Shown: in pieces, positions 1-9,125 of the stretch
How positions within the stretch are numbered: the first letter of the stretch is position 1
How the letters are laid out: every line of letters begins with the position of its first letter
Assembly (NCBI GenBank): GCA_023249845.1
Contig: JAHFBW010000002.1
Coordinates: 1 to 50,657, forward strand
Reading direction: 5' to 3'
Source: Candidatus Eiseniibacteriota bacterium
GTDB lineage: Bacteria; Eisenbacteria; RBG-16-71-46
DNA length: 50,657 bases
Translations under genes and position numbers: made by a program
Notes under the pieces: generated by a model
What the model saw: the letters and a program-made list of their open reading frames with translations, nothing else
What the model was told of the DNA's origin: nothing
Database searches by the model: none

Positions 1-60
1 TGGACCGCGACGTGGCGGCGCTCGGTTAGTCGAGGGAGCAGCGCGCGGTGCGATCCCCTG

Positions 61-1899
61 TCAGCCCGGGAACCCCATCCGTTCCACGAGCGACGTGTAG
101 CGCGCGTCGCCGCGCAGCGGGTCGAAGCGCGGATTGACGCGCAGCCACACCATGGCGCGGTCACGCGTCGTGAACCCCTCCTCGAGCTTCGCGAACGCGC
201 GCTCGAGATCGCCCAGCAACGCCAGCGGGCCCGCCAGGGAATAGGGCGGCACGTGGCGTTCCTCCGCCACCGACTCCAGCAGCGCCAACTCGTTCCGGGC
301 CGCGCTCGTCTGGCCGGAGAGCGCCAGCGCGCACGCGAGCCCGGCGCGGATGCGCGGATCGTCGTCGGACTTGAGCACGGAGCGGTACTCCGCCACGGCC
401 TCCTCCGGGCGTCCGCTCTGTTCGAGGATGCGCGCGCGGTCGGCGATGCCGCCGAGCCCACTGTCGGGCGTGGTGAGCGCCACCATCCGCCGGTGATGTT
501 CGAGCGCCTCGTCATAGCGCCGCGCGTAGTAGAAGACGTTCACGAGCGTCGTGGGCATCGCGTAGGACAGCGCGTCCAGCTCCTCGGCCGCGGACGCCTG
601 TTCGAGCGCCTCGTCGAACCGCCCGAGAGCGGTGAGCAGCTCGGCGTACCACTGGTGCCCGGTGGCGTACGTGGGGTCCAGCGCGAGCGCGCGCCGGAAG
701 CCCGCCTCGGACGCCGCCCAGTTCCAGTCCGCGAACAGTTCGGCGAACGCCAGCGACGTGTGCGCCTCGGCCGAGTTCGAGTCCAGTTCGAGCGCGCGCT
801 TGGCCGCGGCGCGTGCCTTCTGGTAACCGAGCCGTGGCGGCAGCCACGCGGCGAGGATGGCGTATCTGTCGGCGAGTCCCGAGTAGGCCTGGGCGTGCTC
901 GGGATCGAGGTCGATGGCAGCCTCGAACTGCTCGATGGCCTGCATCAGGCCGGCGCGCGTGCGCTTGCTCCAGTGTCGCCGGCCGCGCAGGTACGAGCGG
1001 TGCGCCTCGGGGTCGTGCGTCCGCGAACCACTCGCGGGTCGGCGGCGCTCCACGCCGGTTCCGGCGGCGACGAGACGCAGGTCGGCGGCGAGTGCGCGCG
1101 CATTGGGGTAGCGGTCCTCGCCGCGCTTCTCGAGACAGCGCTCGACCACGACGTCGAGGCCGCGCGCGAGTCCTTCGCGGCGCTGCGCGAGCGGCACCAC
1201 GGGCTGGCGCAGGATGGCGTCGGTCACGGCCGGCAGGACCGCGCCCTGGAACGGCGGCTCGCCGGCGAGCAGTTCGTAGAGCACGGCGCCGAGCGAGAAC
1301 ACGTCGGCGCGTTCGTCCACCGGGCGGCCGAGCAGCTGCTCCGGCGACATGTACGGCACCGTGCCCTCGAGCGAGAGCGGTCGGGTGATGGCCTCGGAGA
1401 GCGATGTGTCGTCCTCGAGGCAGCAGGTGGCGAGACCGAAATCCAGCACCTTGACGCGTCCTCGCGTGGTGACCATGACGTTCGCGGGCTTCAGGTCGCG
1501 ATGGATGATGCCGCGTTCATGCGCCGCCTCGAGCGCCTCGCAGATCTGGAGCGCGATGTCCACGACCTCGGGCTCGGGCAACCGGCCGCCCGCCACGCGC
1601 TGGGCGAGCGTCTGCCCGCGCACGAGTTCCATGACCAGGAACTCGATGTCGTCGTGCTGGTCGAAGTCGTACACCGTGGCGATGCCCGGGTGATCCAGCT
1701 GCGACAACAGCCGCGCCTCCTCGCGCAGGCGGGCGCGCGCGTCCCGCCGCTGCAGGACGTTCGGCGAGAGCACCTTGAGCGCCACGTCGCGATGCAGGCG
1801 CTCGTCCCAGGCGCGATACACCGCGCCCATACCGCCACCACCCAGGCGCTCCACCACTCGATAGCGGGCGAGCGTGCGTCCGACGAGCGACGTTTCCAT
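61..1899 (-). CDS. Hanks-type Ser/Thr protein kinase with C-terminal TPR repeats
   Basis: Motifs GGGGMGAVY, VALK, HRDLKPAN, DFG and YMSPEQ, followed by helical TPR repeats. The ATG at 1899 is preceded by GGGAG. Confidence 0.9.
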   Translation of the reverse strand: METSLVGRTLARYRVVERLGGGGMGAVYRAWDERLHRDVALKVLSPNVLQRRDARARLREEARLLSQLDHPGIATVYDFDQHDDIEFLVMELVRGQTLAQRVAGGRLPEPEVVDIALQICEALEAAHERGIIHRDLKPANVMVTTRGRVKVLDFGLATCCLEDDTSLSEAITRPLSLEGTVPYMSPEQLLGRPVDERADVFSLGAVLYELLAGEPPFQGAVLPAVTDAILRQPVVPLAQRREGLARGLDVVVERCLEKRGEDRYPNARALAADLRLVAAGTGVERRRPASGSRTHDPEAHRSYLRGRRHWSKRTRAGLMQAIEQFEAAIDLDPEHAQAYSGLADRYAILAAWLPPRLGYQKARAAAKRALELDSNSAEAHTSLAFAELFADWNWAASEAGFRRALALDPTYATGHQWYAELLTALGRFDEALEQASAAEELDALSYAMPTTLVNVFYYARRYDEALEHHRRMVALTTPDSGLGGIADRARILEQSGRPEEAVAEYRSVLKSDDDPRIRAGLACALALSGQTSAARNELALLESVAEERHVPPYSLAGPLALLGDLERAFAKLEEGFTTRDRAMVWLRVNPRFDPLRGDARYTSLVERMGFPG

Positions 1900-1921
1900 G
1901 TCGGGGACTCCCACTCGCGGA

Positions 1922-2398
1922 TCAGTTCGTCACTGGCATGGCCGCGAGGCGGGCCACGTATTCGTCGGGCAGCCGGTGGTGGCGCGCGCCGATCAGGATC
2001 GCGTCCAAGTAGCGTCGCGAGGGCGGCGACGGGTTCGCCGGTCGTGCGATGAACGTCCACGGGAGCAGGCGCCGCGGGAACGAGCCATCGTCTGCGCGCA
2101 CGAGCTGCACGCTCACGGTCTCGCGGTCGTAGAGGTTGTGCTGGTCTCCAGGCCCCACGAAGTGCTCGTATCGATCGAGCGAGGCCATGTCCTCTTCGGT
2201 CACGGCGTAGACCACGCCCCATACCGTTTCGCCGTGCGCCACGCCCAGGCTGGCGACGCCCCCGCCCCAGTCGTGCGACGTGAGCGGGAACGACAGTCGG
2301 TGGTCCTTCAACTCGGCCAGTCCGACGACAGAATGGCCCGGGCAGCGCCGCCGCATCTGCTGCGGTTCGAGGTTGGAGGCATAGGCGAAATAGAGCAT
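1922..2398 (-). CDS. Gamma-glutamylcyclotransferase (AIG2/GGCT-like) family protein
   Basis: N-terminal YFAYASNL, plus VWGVVY, LDRYE and PSRRYLDAI..GA motifs typical of the family. Confidence 0.85.
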   Translation of the reverse strand: MLYFAYASNLEPQQMRRRCPGHSVVGLAELKDHRLSFPLTSHDWGGGVASLGVAHGETVWGVVYAVTEEDMASLDRYEHFVGPGDQHNLYDRETVSVQLVRADDGSFPRRLLPWTFIARPANPSPPSRRYLDAILIGARHHRLPDEYVARLAAMPVTN

Positions 2399-2610
2399 GG
2401 AGTTCTCGAGTGACGGGGGGGAATCGCGTCCAGAGAATAGCGGATGCCGCCGGCCCGGTGGCGCCCGGCCCGTGCGGTGGCTTCAGGCCAAGCCGTCCTC
2501 GTGACGGGTCGCGGCCCGGTCGCTATAGTGCCCGGACCCGCGCTCCGCGCGGGTGCCCCCCTTGCCTCCGCCGGTGCAGCACCGGCGTACCCCCCCTTCC
2601 CGGAGAGTGC

Positions 2611-3339
2611 ATGGCCGTCGACATCCTGGCTTTCGGGCCCCACCCCGATGACGCCGAGATCGGCACGGGCGGCGTGCTGCGCAAACTCAAGGACCGTGGC
2701 CGCACCACGGGCATCATCGACATGACCTCCGGTGACATGGGCTGGGGCACGCCAGAGATCCGGGCGGATGAGGCCCGTGCCGCGGCAGCCGTCTTGAAAC
2801 TCGACGTGCGCGAGTGCCTGGACCTGGGTGATTGCCGGGTCGAGGACACGTTCGAGAACCGCTGCATAGTGGCGAACGTCATCCGCCGGCACCGGCCGCA
2901 GATCATTTTGTCCCCTTACTACGACCTTCCCATCGGGCGCGGCCTCGGCCACAACGACCACTACAAGACCGGCCAGATCGTGGCGAACGCGTACAACCTC
3001 GCGCACCTGGCCAAGGCGCCGTGCGAAGGCGAGCCCTATCAGGCGAAGGCGATCTACTTCTACTTCATCCCGCCCGGCTCGAAGCCCACGTTCATCGTGG
3101 ACATCTCGGCGTACGCCGAGGACTGGCTGAACGCGATCGACTCCCACAAGAGCCAGTTCTACCACCCCGACCGGCCGCGCCCGGCGAACTCGCCGCACCC
3201 CCGTGAGGCGTTCGAGTCGTACGCGCGCTACTGGGGCTGGCAGATCGGCGTCCGCCACGCGCAGGCGTTCCTCGCCACCTCGCCGCTCAAGGTGGACGAT
3301 CCACTGACACTCGTGGAGTCGGTGACTCCACGTCCATGA
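2611..3339 (+). CDS. bshB1: PIG-L family deacetylase, BshB1-like (bacillithiol biosynthesis)
   Basis: Motifs DILAFGPHPDDAE, HNDH, PTFIVDIS, HKSQF and ARYWG. The ATG at 2611 follows GGAGAG. Confidence 0.75.
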   Translation: MAVDILAFGPHPDDAEIGTGGVLRKLKDRGRTTGIIDMTSGDMGWGTPEIRADEARAAAAVLKLDVRECLDLGDCRVEDTFENRCIVANVIRRHRPQIILSPYYDLPIGRGLGHNDHYKTGQIVANAYNLAHLAKAPCEGEPYQAKAIYFYFIPPGSKPTFIVDISAYAEDWLNAIDSHKSQFYHPDRPRPANSPHPREAFESYARYWGWQIGVRHAQAFLATSPLKVDDPLTLVESVTPRP

Positions 3340-4031
3340 ACGGGGTACCCCGCCTCGCGCGCCGACTGTTTGCGTTCGCAGGCCTCGTGGCGGGCGTCGC
3401 GGCCGCCGCGACGCCGGAGGTCTCCGCGGAGCTGGCCCGCGTAGAAGCGCGCCAGGCGCAGCTCCTGGCGCGCCACCGCCCCGACCTCGCCGAACTCTGG
3501 AACCTGGAGACGCCCGCGGGCGAGGCGTTCGTGGGCCTGTCGGAGTCGAACATCGCAGCGCACGCTCGCGCGCTCCACACCATGCTCGACCGCGCCTCGA
3601 CGCTGCCCGCCGGCGCTCGCACCGACTCGCTGCGCGCCAGGCTGGCGCTCGAACTGGCCGAGACCGAGCCGGGCGGGGCGCTCCGGCGTGACGCGCTCCT
3701 GTGGCTCGACATCGTGGCCGCCGCCGCGCGCGCGCCACTGGCCTCCGGCCCTGCGAGCGGCTGTTCGCGGACGCATCGCGTCACGCGCCAGCTGCGCGCG
3801 GTGCCCGAGGCGCTTCGCGGCGCGGCGATCCTGTTGCGCGGCGCGCCGGCGCCCGATGGGCGCATGTTCGAAGCCCGGGTCAGCAGGGTCGAATGGCTGT
3901 TTCGCCAGGACCTCCCGTCCCGGACCGAAGTTTGCAAGGAGCCGCGCCGCCTGGCGGAGTTCGCGCGTGCCGACACACTCGCTGCAACAGCTTTGGCGAG
4001 TTTCCGGCAGCGCGTCACCCCGGGGCCGTGA
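3336..4031 (+). CDS. Hypothetical secreted helical protein, weakly resembling the N-terminal part of DUF885 proteins
   Basis: Overlaps the upstream stop (ATGA) and begins with a signal-peptide-like segment. The DUF885 resemblance is by eye only. Confidence 0.55.
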   Translation: MNGVPRLARRLFAFAGLVAGVAAAATPEVSAELARVEARQAQLLARHRPDLAELWNLETPAGEAFVGLSESNIAAHARALHTMLDRASTLPAGARTDSLRARLALELAETEPGGALRRDALLWLDIVAAAARAPLASGPASGCSRTHRVTRQLRAVPEALRGAAILLRGAPAPDGRMFEARVSRVEWLFRQDLPSRTEVCKEPRRLAEFARADTLAATALASFRQRVTPGP

Positions 4032-4176
4032 GCAATCGCCATGGCAGGCATTGCGAACTGCATGCAAGGCCTTGACTTACCGCGAGCACAACGGCTAATC
4101 TTCATAAGATATACCTGCCGATACCAAGGATGGTTCGGTGCCCGGTACTCCCTCCGGGCCTTCAAGGAGATCCTCC

Positions 4177-5106
4177 ATGCGTTTGCGCTTGCCGGGCGTG
4201 CCCCACGTCCTCGCCCTGCTGGCGAGCCTCGCCACGATGGCCGAGGCCGCCCCTGCCCCAGTCTCCGCGCCGGGTCCCGTGACGCTCGCCGTCACGAGGG
4301 GCACGACTCACTCCGCCGCGACGCGGCGGCGTCGCGCGCGCCGGCGCCGGCCGCTGCCGGCGGACGGGGTGTACGCGCGGAACGCCATCCTGCTCGATCC
4401 GGGCACGGGCGAGGTGCTGTTCGAGAAGAACTCGTCGCGCTCGGTGCCGATCGCAAGTCTCACCAAACTCATGACGGCGCTCGTGTTCCTCGAACAGAAG
4501 CCCGACCTGTCGCGCCAGGCCGAGGTGACCCTCTCCGAGATCCGCGGCGCGGGCCATACGCAGCTTCGTCGCGGAGAGATCGTGCCGCTCGGCGAGCTCC
4601 TGCGCATGAGCCTCATGAGTTCGGACAACTGCGCGACGCGAGTGGTGGCGCGCGAGTCGGGACTCCCGCCGAGCGATTTCATCGCGCGAATGAACCTGAA
4701 GGCCGTGGAACTGGGCCTCACGGGCACGCGGTTCGTGGAGTTCACCGGCCTGGACGAGCACAACGTGTCCACGGCATCGGATGTGGCGCGGCTGCTGCAC
4801 GCGGCCGCCAACGAGCCGCTCGTCGCCGAGATCTCCACGACGCGTTCGCACGAGTTCCGCTCGGATCGCCGCCGGCACATGATCGGCAACACGAACCGCC
4901 TGCTCTACGGGCGCTACGAGGTGCTGGGCGGCAAGACCGGATTCATCCAAGAGGCCGGCTACTGCTTCGCGACCTGGGTTCGCACGCAGGGCCGAGACCT
5001 GATCGCGGTGGTGCTGGGCGCGCCCACGAACGCCACGCGCTTCGCGGACACGGTCCGCTTGCTGCAGAAGGTGCAGCAACCCGCCGCCACGTCCACGCAC
5101 CTCTGA
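4177..5106 (+). CDS. Peptidase S11 D-alanyl-D-alanine endo/carboxypeptidase (PBP7-like)
   Basis: SxxK (ASLTKLMT), SxN (SSDN) and KTG (GKTGF) motifs, a signal peptide and an AAGGAG RBS. Confidence 0.88.
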   Translation: MRLRLPGVPHVLALLASLATMAEAAPAPVSAPGPVTLAVTRGTTHSAATRRRRARRRRPLPADGVYARNAILLDPGTGEVLFEKNSSRSVPIASLTKLMTALVFLEQKPDLSRQAEVTLSEIRGAGHTQLRRGEIVPLGELLRMSLMSSDNCATRVVARESGLPPSDFIARMNLKAVELGLTGTRFVEFTGLDEHNVSTASDVARLLHAAANEPLVAEISTTRSHEFRSDRRRHMIGNTNRLLYGRYEVLGGKTGFIQEAGYCFATWVRTQGRDLIAVVLGAPTNATRFADTVRLLQKVQQPAATSTHL

Positions 5107-5107
5107 C

Positions 5108-5899
5108 ATGAGCGCGCGCGATGTCGCGTCGCGCGCGAACTGGGCGGCCGCGCTGGCCGGGCTCGTGGTCGGCTTGGCCGGCGGACTGTTCGGGGTGGGC
5201 GGTGGCATCCTGCTGGTGCCCCTGCTCACCTCGTTCTTCTCGCTCACCCAGCATCAGGCGCACGGCACGTCCCTGGCGGCGATCGGCGCGACCGCGGTGG
5301 CGGGCCTCGTGGTCTACGGCCTCGCGGGCAACGTGGCGTGGTGGCCGGCGGCGCTGATGTCGGTGGCGAGCGTGGTCGCCGCGCGCGCGGGGGCACGGTT
5401 CGCCGCGCGCACGAGCCGCGAGCGCCTCACCCTGTCGTTCGCGGTGTTCGTACTGCTGGTGGCGGCGCGCATCCTGTGGCGAGCCCCGGTGGGTTCGGCC
5501 GATCACGCGCTCACGGGCGCGTCCGGGATGCTGGCCTCGCTCGGCGTTGGCGCCTCCGTGGGGATGCTCTCGGGGTACATGGGCGTGGGTGGCGGGGTCA
5601 TCGCGGTGCCGGCGCTCACGCTGCTGTTCGGCATGCCCCAGCAGATGGCCCAGGGGACGAGCCTCGCGCTCATCCTGGTGACGGCCCCGTTCGGGGCGCT
5701 CGAGCACCATCGGCTGGGCAACGTCGTGCCGCGGCTGCTACCCGGGCTCATGCTGGGAGCGCTCGTCGGCGCCCCGCTCGCATCGCTTGTGGCCCAGCGG
5801 CTTCCGCAGGCGGACCTGGCCCGGGGATTCGCGCTGTTCCTGGTCGCGAATGCCCTGCGCATGGGCTGGGTCGTGCTTCGCCGCCCTCGGGTCGCCTGA
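5108..5899 (+). CDS. Sulfite exporter TauE/SafE (TSUP) family membrane protein
   Basis: Duplicated GxxGVGGG..VP..AxGTSL repeats and multiple transmembrane segments. Confidence 0.9.
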   Translation: MSARDVASRANWAAALAGLVVGLAGGLFGVGGGILLVPLLTSFFSLTQHQAHGTSLAAIGATAVAGLVVYGLAGNVAWWPAALMSVASVVAARAGARFAARTSRERLTLSFAVFVLLVAARILWRAPVGSADHALTGASGMLASLGVGASVGMLSGYMGVGGGVIAVPALTLLFGMPQQMAQGTSLALILVTAPFGALEHHRLGNVVPRLLPGLMLGALVGAPLASLVAQRLPQADLARGFALFLVANALRMGWVVLRRPRVA

Positions 5900-6215
5900 C
5901 CTCACGGCGCGCGAACCGCCTCCCGCCCCCCGGGAGTGGGTCCGCCCGCTCGCGACTCGAGGGTGCCACCGCTGTGGATAACCGGCCTGCGTTCATACGG
6001 GTGTTCCGGAGTTTCCCGGTGTGCGTTGCGGTGGGGAGACAAGTGGGACGAAAGTGATTCTCCCCTTGCCCGGCTGGGGGAATTCGCGCATCTTTCATGG
6101 TGTCCCGACTCCACCTCAGCGATCTGACGCCTCGATTAGGCCGTGGTCGAGCCGGCATTGGTGATCCCGCAACGGGCACCCACCACGCTATCCAACAGTT
6201 GAAAGGAGTCCCCTC

Positions 6216-6992
6216 ATGAAGCGACTGGCTACCCTGCTGGGCGTCCTCGCCCTGGCCGCGGTCCTCGCTCCCCCCGCCTCCGCCATCAGCATCTTCGCCG
6301 ATGGTTTCGCCTACGCGAACGGCAACCTCGTTCCCAATGGTGGCTGGGCGAACTACAGCGGGGCCGTCACCGACGTCCAGGTCGTCGGCGGCCGCGCGAC
6401 CGGCGGCGCCATCGGCAACCCGTCGAACGACGACCACCGGCTGTTCGCGGTCCAGCCGACCACGAGCAAGACCTACGCATGCTTCATCGCGAACATCCCG
6501 ACGTTCGCGGGCATACCGAAGCCCATCTACTTCGCGGAGCTGAAGGATGCGGGCGCCGCGGCCCTGGTTTCGCGCGTGTACGTCGTGAACTTCCCGGGTG
6601 GTGGGTGGACGTTCGGCATCTCGCACTCGAGCACCGCCGCCGCGGTTGGCCTCACGCGGTGGACGGCCCCGCTCAACTTCAACCAGGACTACACGCTCGT
6701 CATCAACTACGATCCTGTGAACAAGTCCTCGACGCTGTGGGTGAACCCGGTGACCGAGTTCAGCCCGAGCGTCACGGACGTGAACGCGGCGATCGCGGCG
6801 CTCGCGGTTCAGGGATTCGGCCTGCGCCAGAGCAATGCCGCCTCCACGCTCCCGGCGGAGTTCGCGGGAGCCGCCGATTGGAACTGGATCGTGGACAACC
6901 TCGGTGTCGGCACGACATTCGACGACGCTTGCTCGCGTCCGACTCCCACGCGTTCGACCACGTGGGGCAGTGTGAAGGCCATCTACCGCTGA
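6216..6992 (+). CDS. Secreted beta-rich protein with C-terminal TWGSVKAIYR tail
   Basis: Strong AAAGGAG RBS, Sec signal peptide (ASA cleavage site) and strong codon bias. Confidence 0.85.
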   Translation: MKRLATLLGVLALAAVLAPPASAISIFADGFAYANGNLVPNGGWANYSGAVTDVQVVGGRATGGAIGNPSNDDHRLFAVQPTTSKTYACFIANIPTFAGIPKPIYFAELKDAGAAALVSRVYVVNFPGGGWTFGISHSSTAAAVGLTRWTAPLNFNQDYTLVINYDPVNKSSTLWVNPVTEFSPSVTDVNAAIAALAVQGFGLRQSNAASTLPAEFAGAADWNWIVDNLGVGTTFDDACSRPTPTRSTTWGSVKAIYR

Positions 6993-7012
6993 ACGGGTAG
7001 CCTTCGCTCGCA

Positions 7013-7054
7013 GCGGGACCCCGCGCCCTCACGGGCGCGGGGTTCTTGCTTTCT
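7013..7054 (+). terminator. Rho-independent terminator after the 6216 gene
   Basis: GCGGGACCCCGCGCCC-TCAC-GGGCGCGGGGTTCTTGC hairpin followed by TTTCT. Confidence 0.7.
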
Positions 7055-7249
7055 GCAACCGAACGTTGCGGCGCGCACGCCTCGGGCGTGCCGCCCACTC
7101 GCGCGTCACTCGCCAACCCGTGCGGTCGCATCGGCTTCACCCGCGATGCCGCGGAGATTCGCTGTCGGCACTCGCGCCGCGCCCCCGAACCCGCATGGGG
7201 GCATGCGGTTCTGCACCTGCGCCGGCGCCCCGCGAATGCCTTCGCCGAA

Positions 7250-7265
7250 CGGCAGTGCACTTGCT
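7250..7265 (+). promoter_or_regulatory. Putative sigma54 -24/-12 promoter of the lon variant
   Basis: CGGCAGTGCACTTGCT fits GG-N10-GC with TTGC, ~75 nt upstream of the ATG. Confidence 0.5.
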
Positions 7266-7340
7266 TCTCCTTGACGGTGGGGCCCCGCCACCCGGGCCCG
7301 GGCATCCCCTTTCGCCTCCCCCCACCGCCACGGAGGGCCC

Positions 7341-9122
7341 ATGGCCCGGCCGTCCCGAAACCGTCCGTCGCAGGGTCGTCGCACGTTGCGCGCCACGTCC
7401 GCGCTCGAGGCGCCCTCGCTTCGCTCGGCCGACAGCACGCATCCGGGCGTGCGTCCGGCCACCACCGGCTCGCTGCCCCTCGAGGTGTCGCGCCGGGCGC
7501 AGCGAGAGATGGATCGGTTGCGCCGGCTTCCCACGGGCTCGCCCGAGGCGGCGCAGGTGCGCGCCTATCTCCAGTGGCTGTGGAGCACGCCATGGGAGGT
7601 GGTGGCAGGCGAGGACGCTGACCTGCGACACGTGCAGGCCGAGCTGGAGCAGGAGCACCTCGGACTCACGAAGGCCAAGGAGCGCATCCTCGAATACCTT
7701 GCGGTGCGGCGGCTGAAGCGCGACCTGCCGGGTCCCGCGCTGTGCGTGGTCGGCCCGCATGGAACGGGGAAGACCTCGCTCGGGAGCGAGGTGGCGCGCG
7801 CGCTCCGCCGGCCGTTCGCGCGCGTGAATGTCTCGGGCACGTCGGACGCGGTCGAGCTCGTGGGCGAGCAGCGCACCACACCGGGCGCGCAGCCGGGCAA
7901 GATCCTTCGCGCGGTGCGCGCGGCCGGCGTCCGGAACCCGGTTCTGCTGATCGACGGCGTGGACCGGCTGGTGGGCGAGGGCGGCCACGGCGTGGCCGAG
8001 GTGTTGCTCGAACTCCTGGATCCCGAGAGCGCGGCGCAGTTCACCGACCACTACCTGGGCCTGCCGGTCGACCTGTCGCACGCCGTGGTGCTCATGTGCG
8101 CGAACCAGCTCGAGCTCGTGCCCGAAGCACTTCAAGAACGCATGGAGGTGATCGAGGTTCCGGGCTACTCCGAGGACGAGAAGCTCGAGATCGCGCGCCG
8201 ATTCCTGCTGCCTCGACAGCTCACGGAGCACGGCCTCACCGGACGCGACGTGACGCTCTCGGACGAGACCGTGCGCGCGCTCGTGCGCTACTACACGCTC
8301 GAGGCCGGCGTGCGCGCGCTCGCCCGCCAGATCGCGACCATCTGCCGCAAGGTGGCGCGAGCCCGAGCCACGGGCGACCCGCGCCGTCACGCCGTGCGCC
8401 CGGACCAGCTCGAGGACTACCTCGGCCACCGCGTCTACCAGCCCGAGATGGCCGGCAAGGAGGACGAGGTGGGTGTGGCCATGGGCCTCGCCTGGACCGC
8501 CGCCGGCGGCGAGGTGCTGGTCGTCGAGGCCATCAAGATGCCGGGCGCGGGCCGCGTCGTGCTCACCGGCCAGCTCGGCGACGTCATGAAGGAGTCGGTG
8601 CAGGCGGCGCACTCGTACGTGCGCTCGCGCGCCGCGGCGCTGGACATTCCGTCCGACGCATTCGGGCGGTTCGACATCCACGTGCACTTCCCCGCCGCGG
8701 GCGTTCCCAAGGACGGCCCCTCCGCCGGCATCACCGTGGGGCTCGTCGTGGCCTCGGTGCTTTCGGATCGCGCCATCCATCACGACATCGCCATGACCGG
8801 CGAGGTGAGCCTGCGCGGCAAGGTGCTGCCCGTCGGCGGCATGCGCGAGAAGGCGCTCGCGGCTTACCGCGCGGGATTCCGGGCGCTCATGTTCCCGGCC
8901 GGCAACTTGAAGGACGTGGACGACATCCCGCTCGACGTGCGCGACAAGCTCGAACTGATCGCCGTGGAGACCATGGACGAGGTGTTCGCGTGCGCGCTGT
9001 CGCGCGTCATCCTGCCGCAGAACATGAATGGCGAGTTCGTGCTGGAGGATGTGATCGAGGACGACGAGGAATCCGACGAGGCCACGCCCAGCCCTGGCGT
9101 GGTGATGGAGGACGAGGAGTAG
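7341..9122 (+). CDS. lon: Lon (peptidase S16) protease variant lacking the N-terminal substrate-binding domain
   Basis: Motifs KERILEYLAV, Walker A GPHGTGKT, FTDHYL, LTGQLGDVMKES and PKDGPSAG, plus the catalytic Lys in GGMREK. A GGAGG RBS precedes ATG 7341. Confidence 0.88.
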   Translation: MARPSRNRPSQGRRTLRATSALEAPSLRSADSTHPGVRPATTGSLPLEVSRRAQREMDRLRRLPTGSPEAAQVRAYLQWLWSTPWEVVAGEDADLRHVQAELEQEHLGLTKAKERILEYLAVRRLKRDLPGPALCVVGPHGTGKTSLGSEVARALRRPFARVNVSGTSDAVELVGEQRTTPGAQPGKILRAVRAAGVRNPVLLIDGVDRLVGEGGHGVAEVLLELLDPESAAQFTDHYLGLPVDLSHAVVLMCANQLELVPEALQERMEVIEVPGYSEDEKLEIARRFLLPRQLTEHGLTGRDVTLSDETVRALVRYYTLEAGVRALARQIATICRKVARARATGDPRRHAVRPDQLEDYLGHRVYQPEMAGKEDEVGVAMGLAWTAAGGEVLVVEAIKMPGAGRVVLTGQLGDVMKESVQAAHSYVRSRAAALDIPSDAFGRFDIHVHFPAAGVPKDGPSAGITVGLVVASVLSDRAIHHDIAMTGEVSLRGKVLPVGGMREKALAAYRAGFRALMFPAGNLKDVDDIPLDVRDKLELIAVETMDEVFACALSRVILPQNMNGEFVLEDVIEDDEESDEATPSPGVVMEDEE

Positions 9123-9125
9123 GCG

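Noticed and set aside
253..2052. Long antisense and alternate-frame ORFs (for example 253-2052, 7137-8783, 36725-38434, 44812-46533, 48750-50522)
   Set aside because: They are shadows of real genes in high-GC DNA, are Arg/Ala/Gly-rich and contain no motifs.
5973..5981. Perfect DnaA box (TGTGGATAA) in an intergenic region
   Set aside because: It is a single box with no cluster, unwinding element or dnaA/dnaN context, so it is insufficient to call oriC.
6100..6215. Possible structured 5' leader of the secreted-protein gene
   Set aside because: Only short hairpins are present, with no terminator or recognisable aptamer. It cannot be distinguished from GC-rich background.
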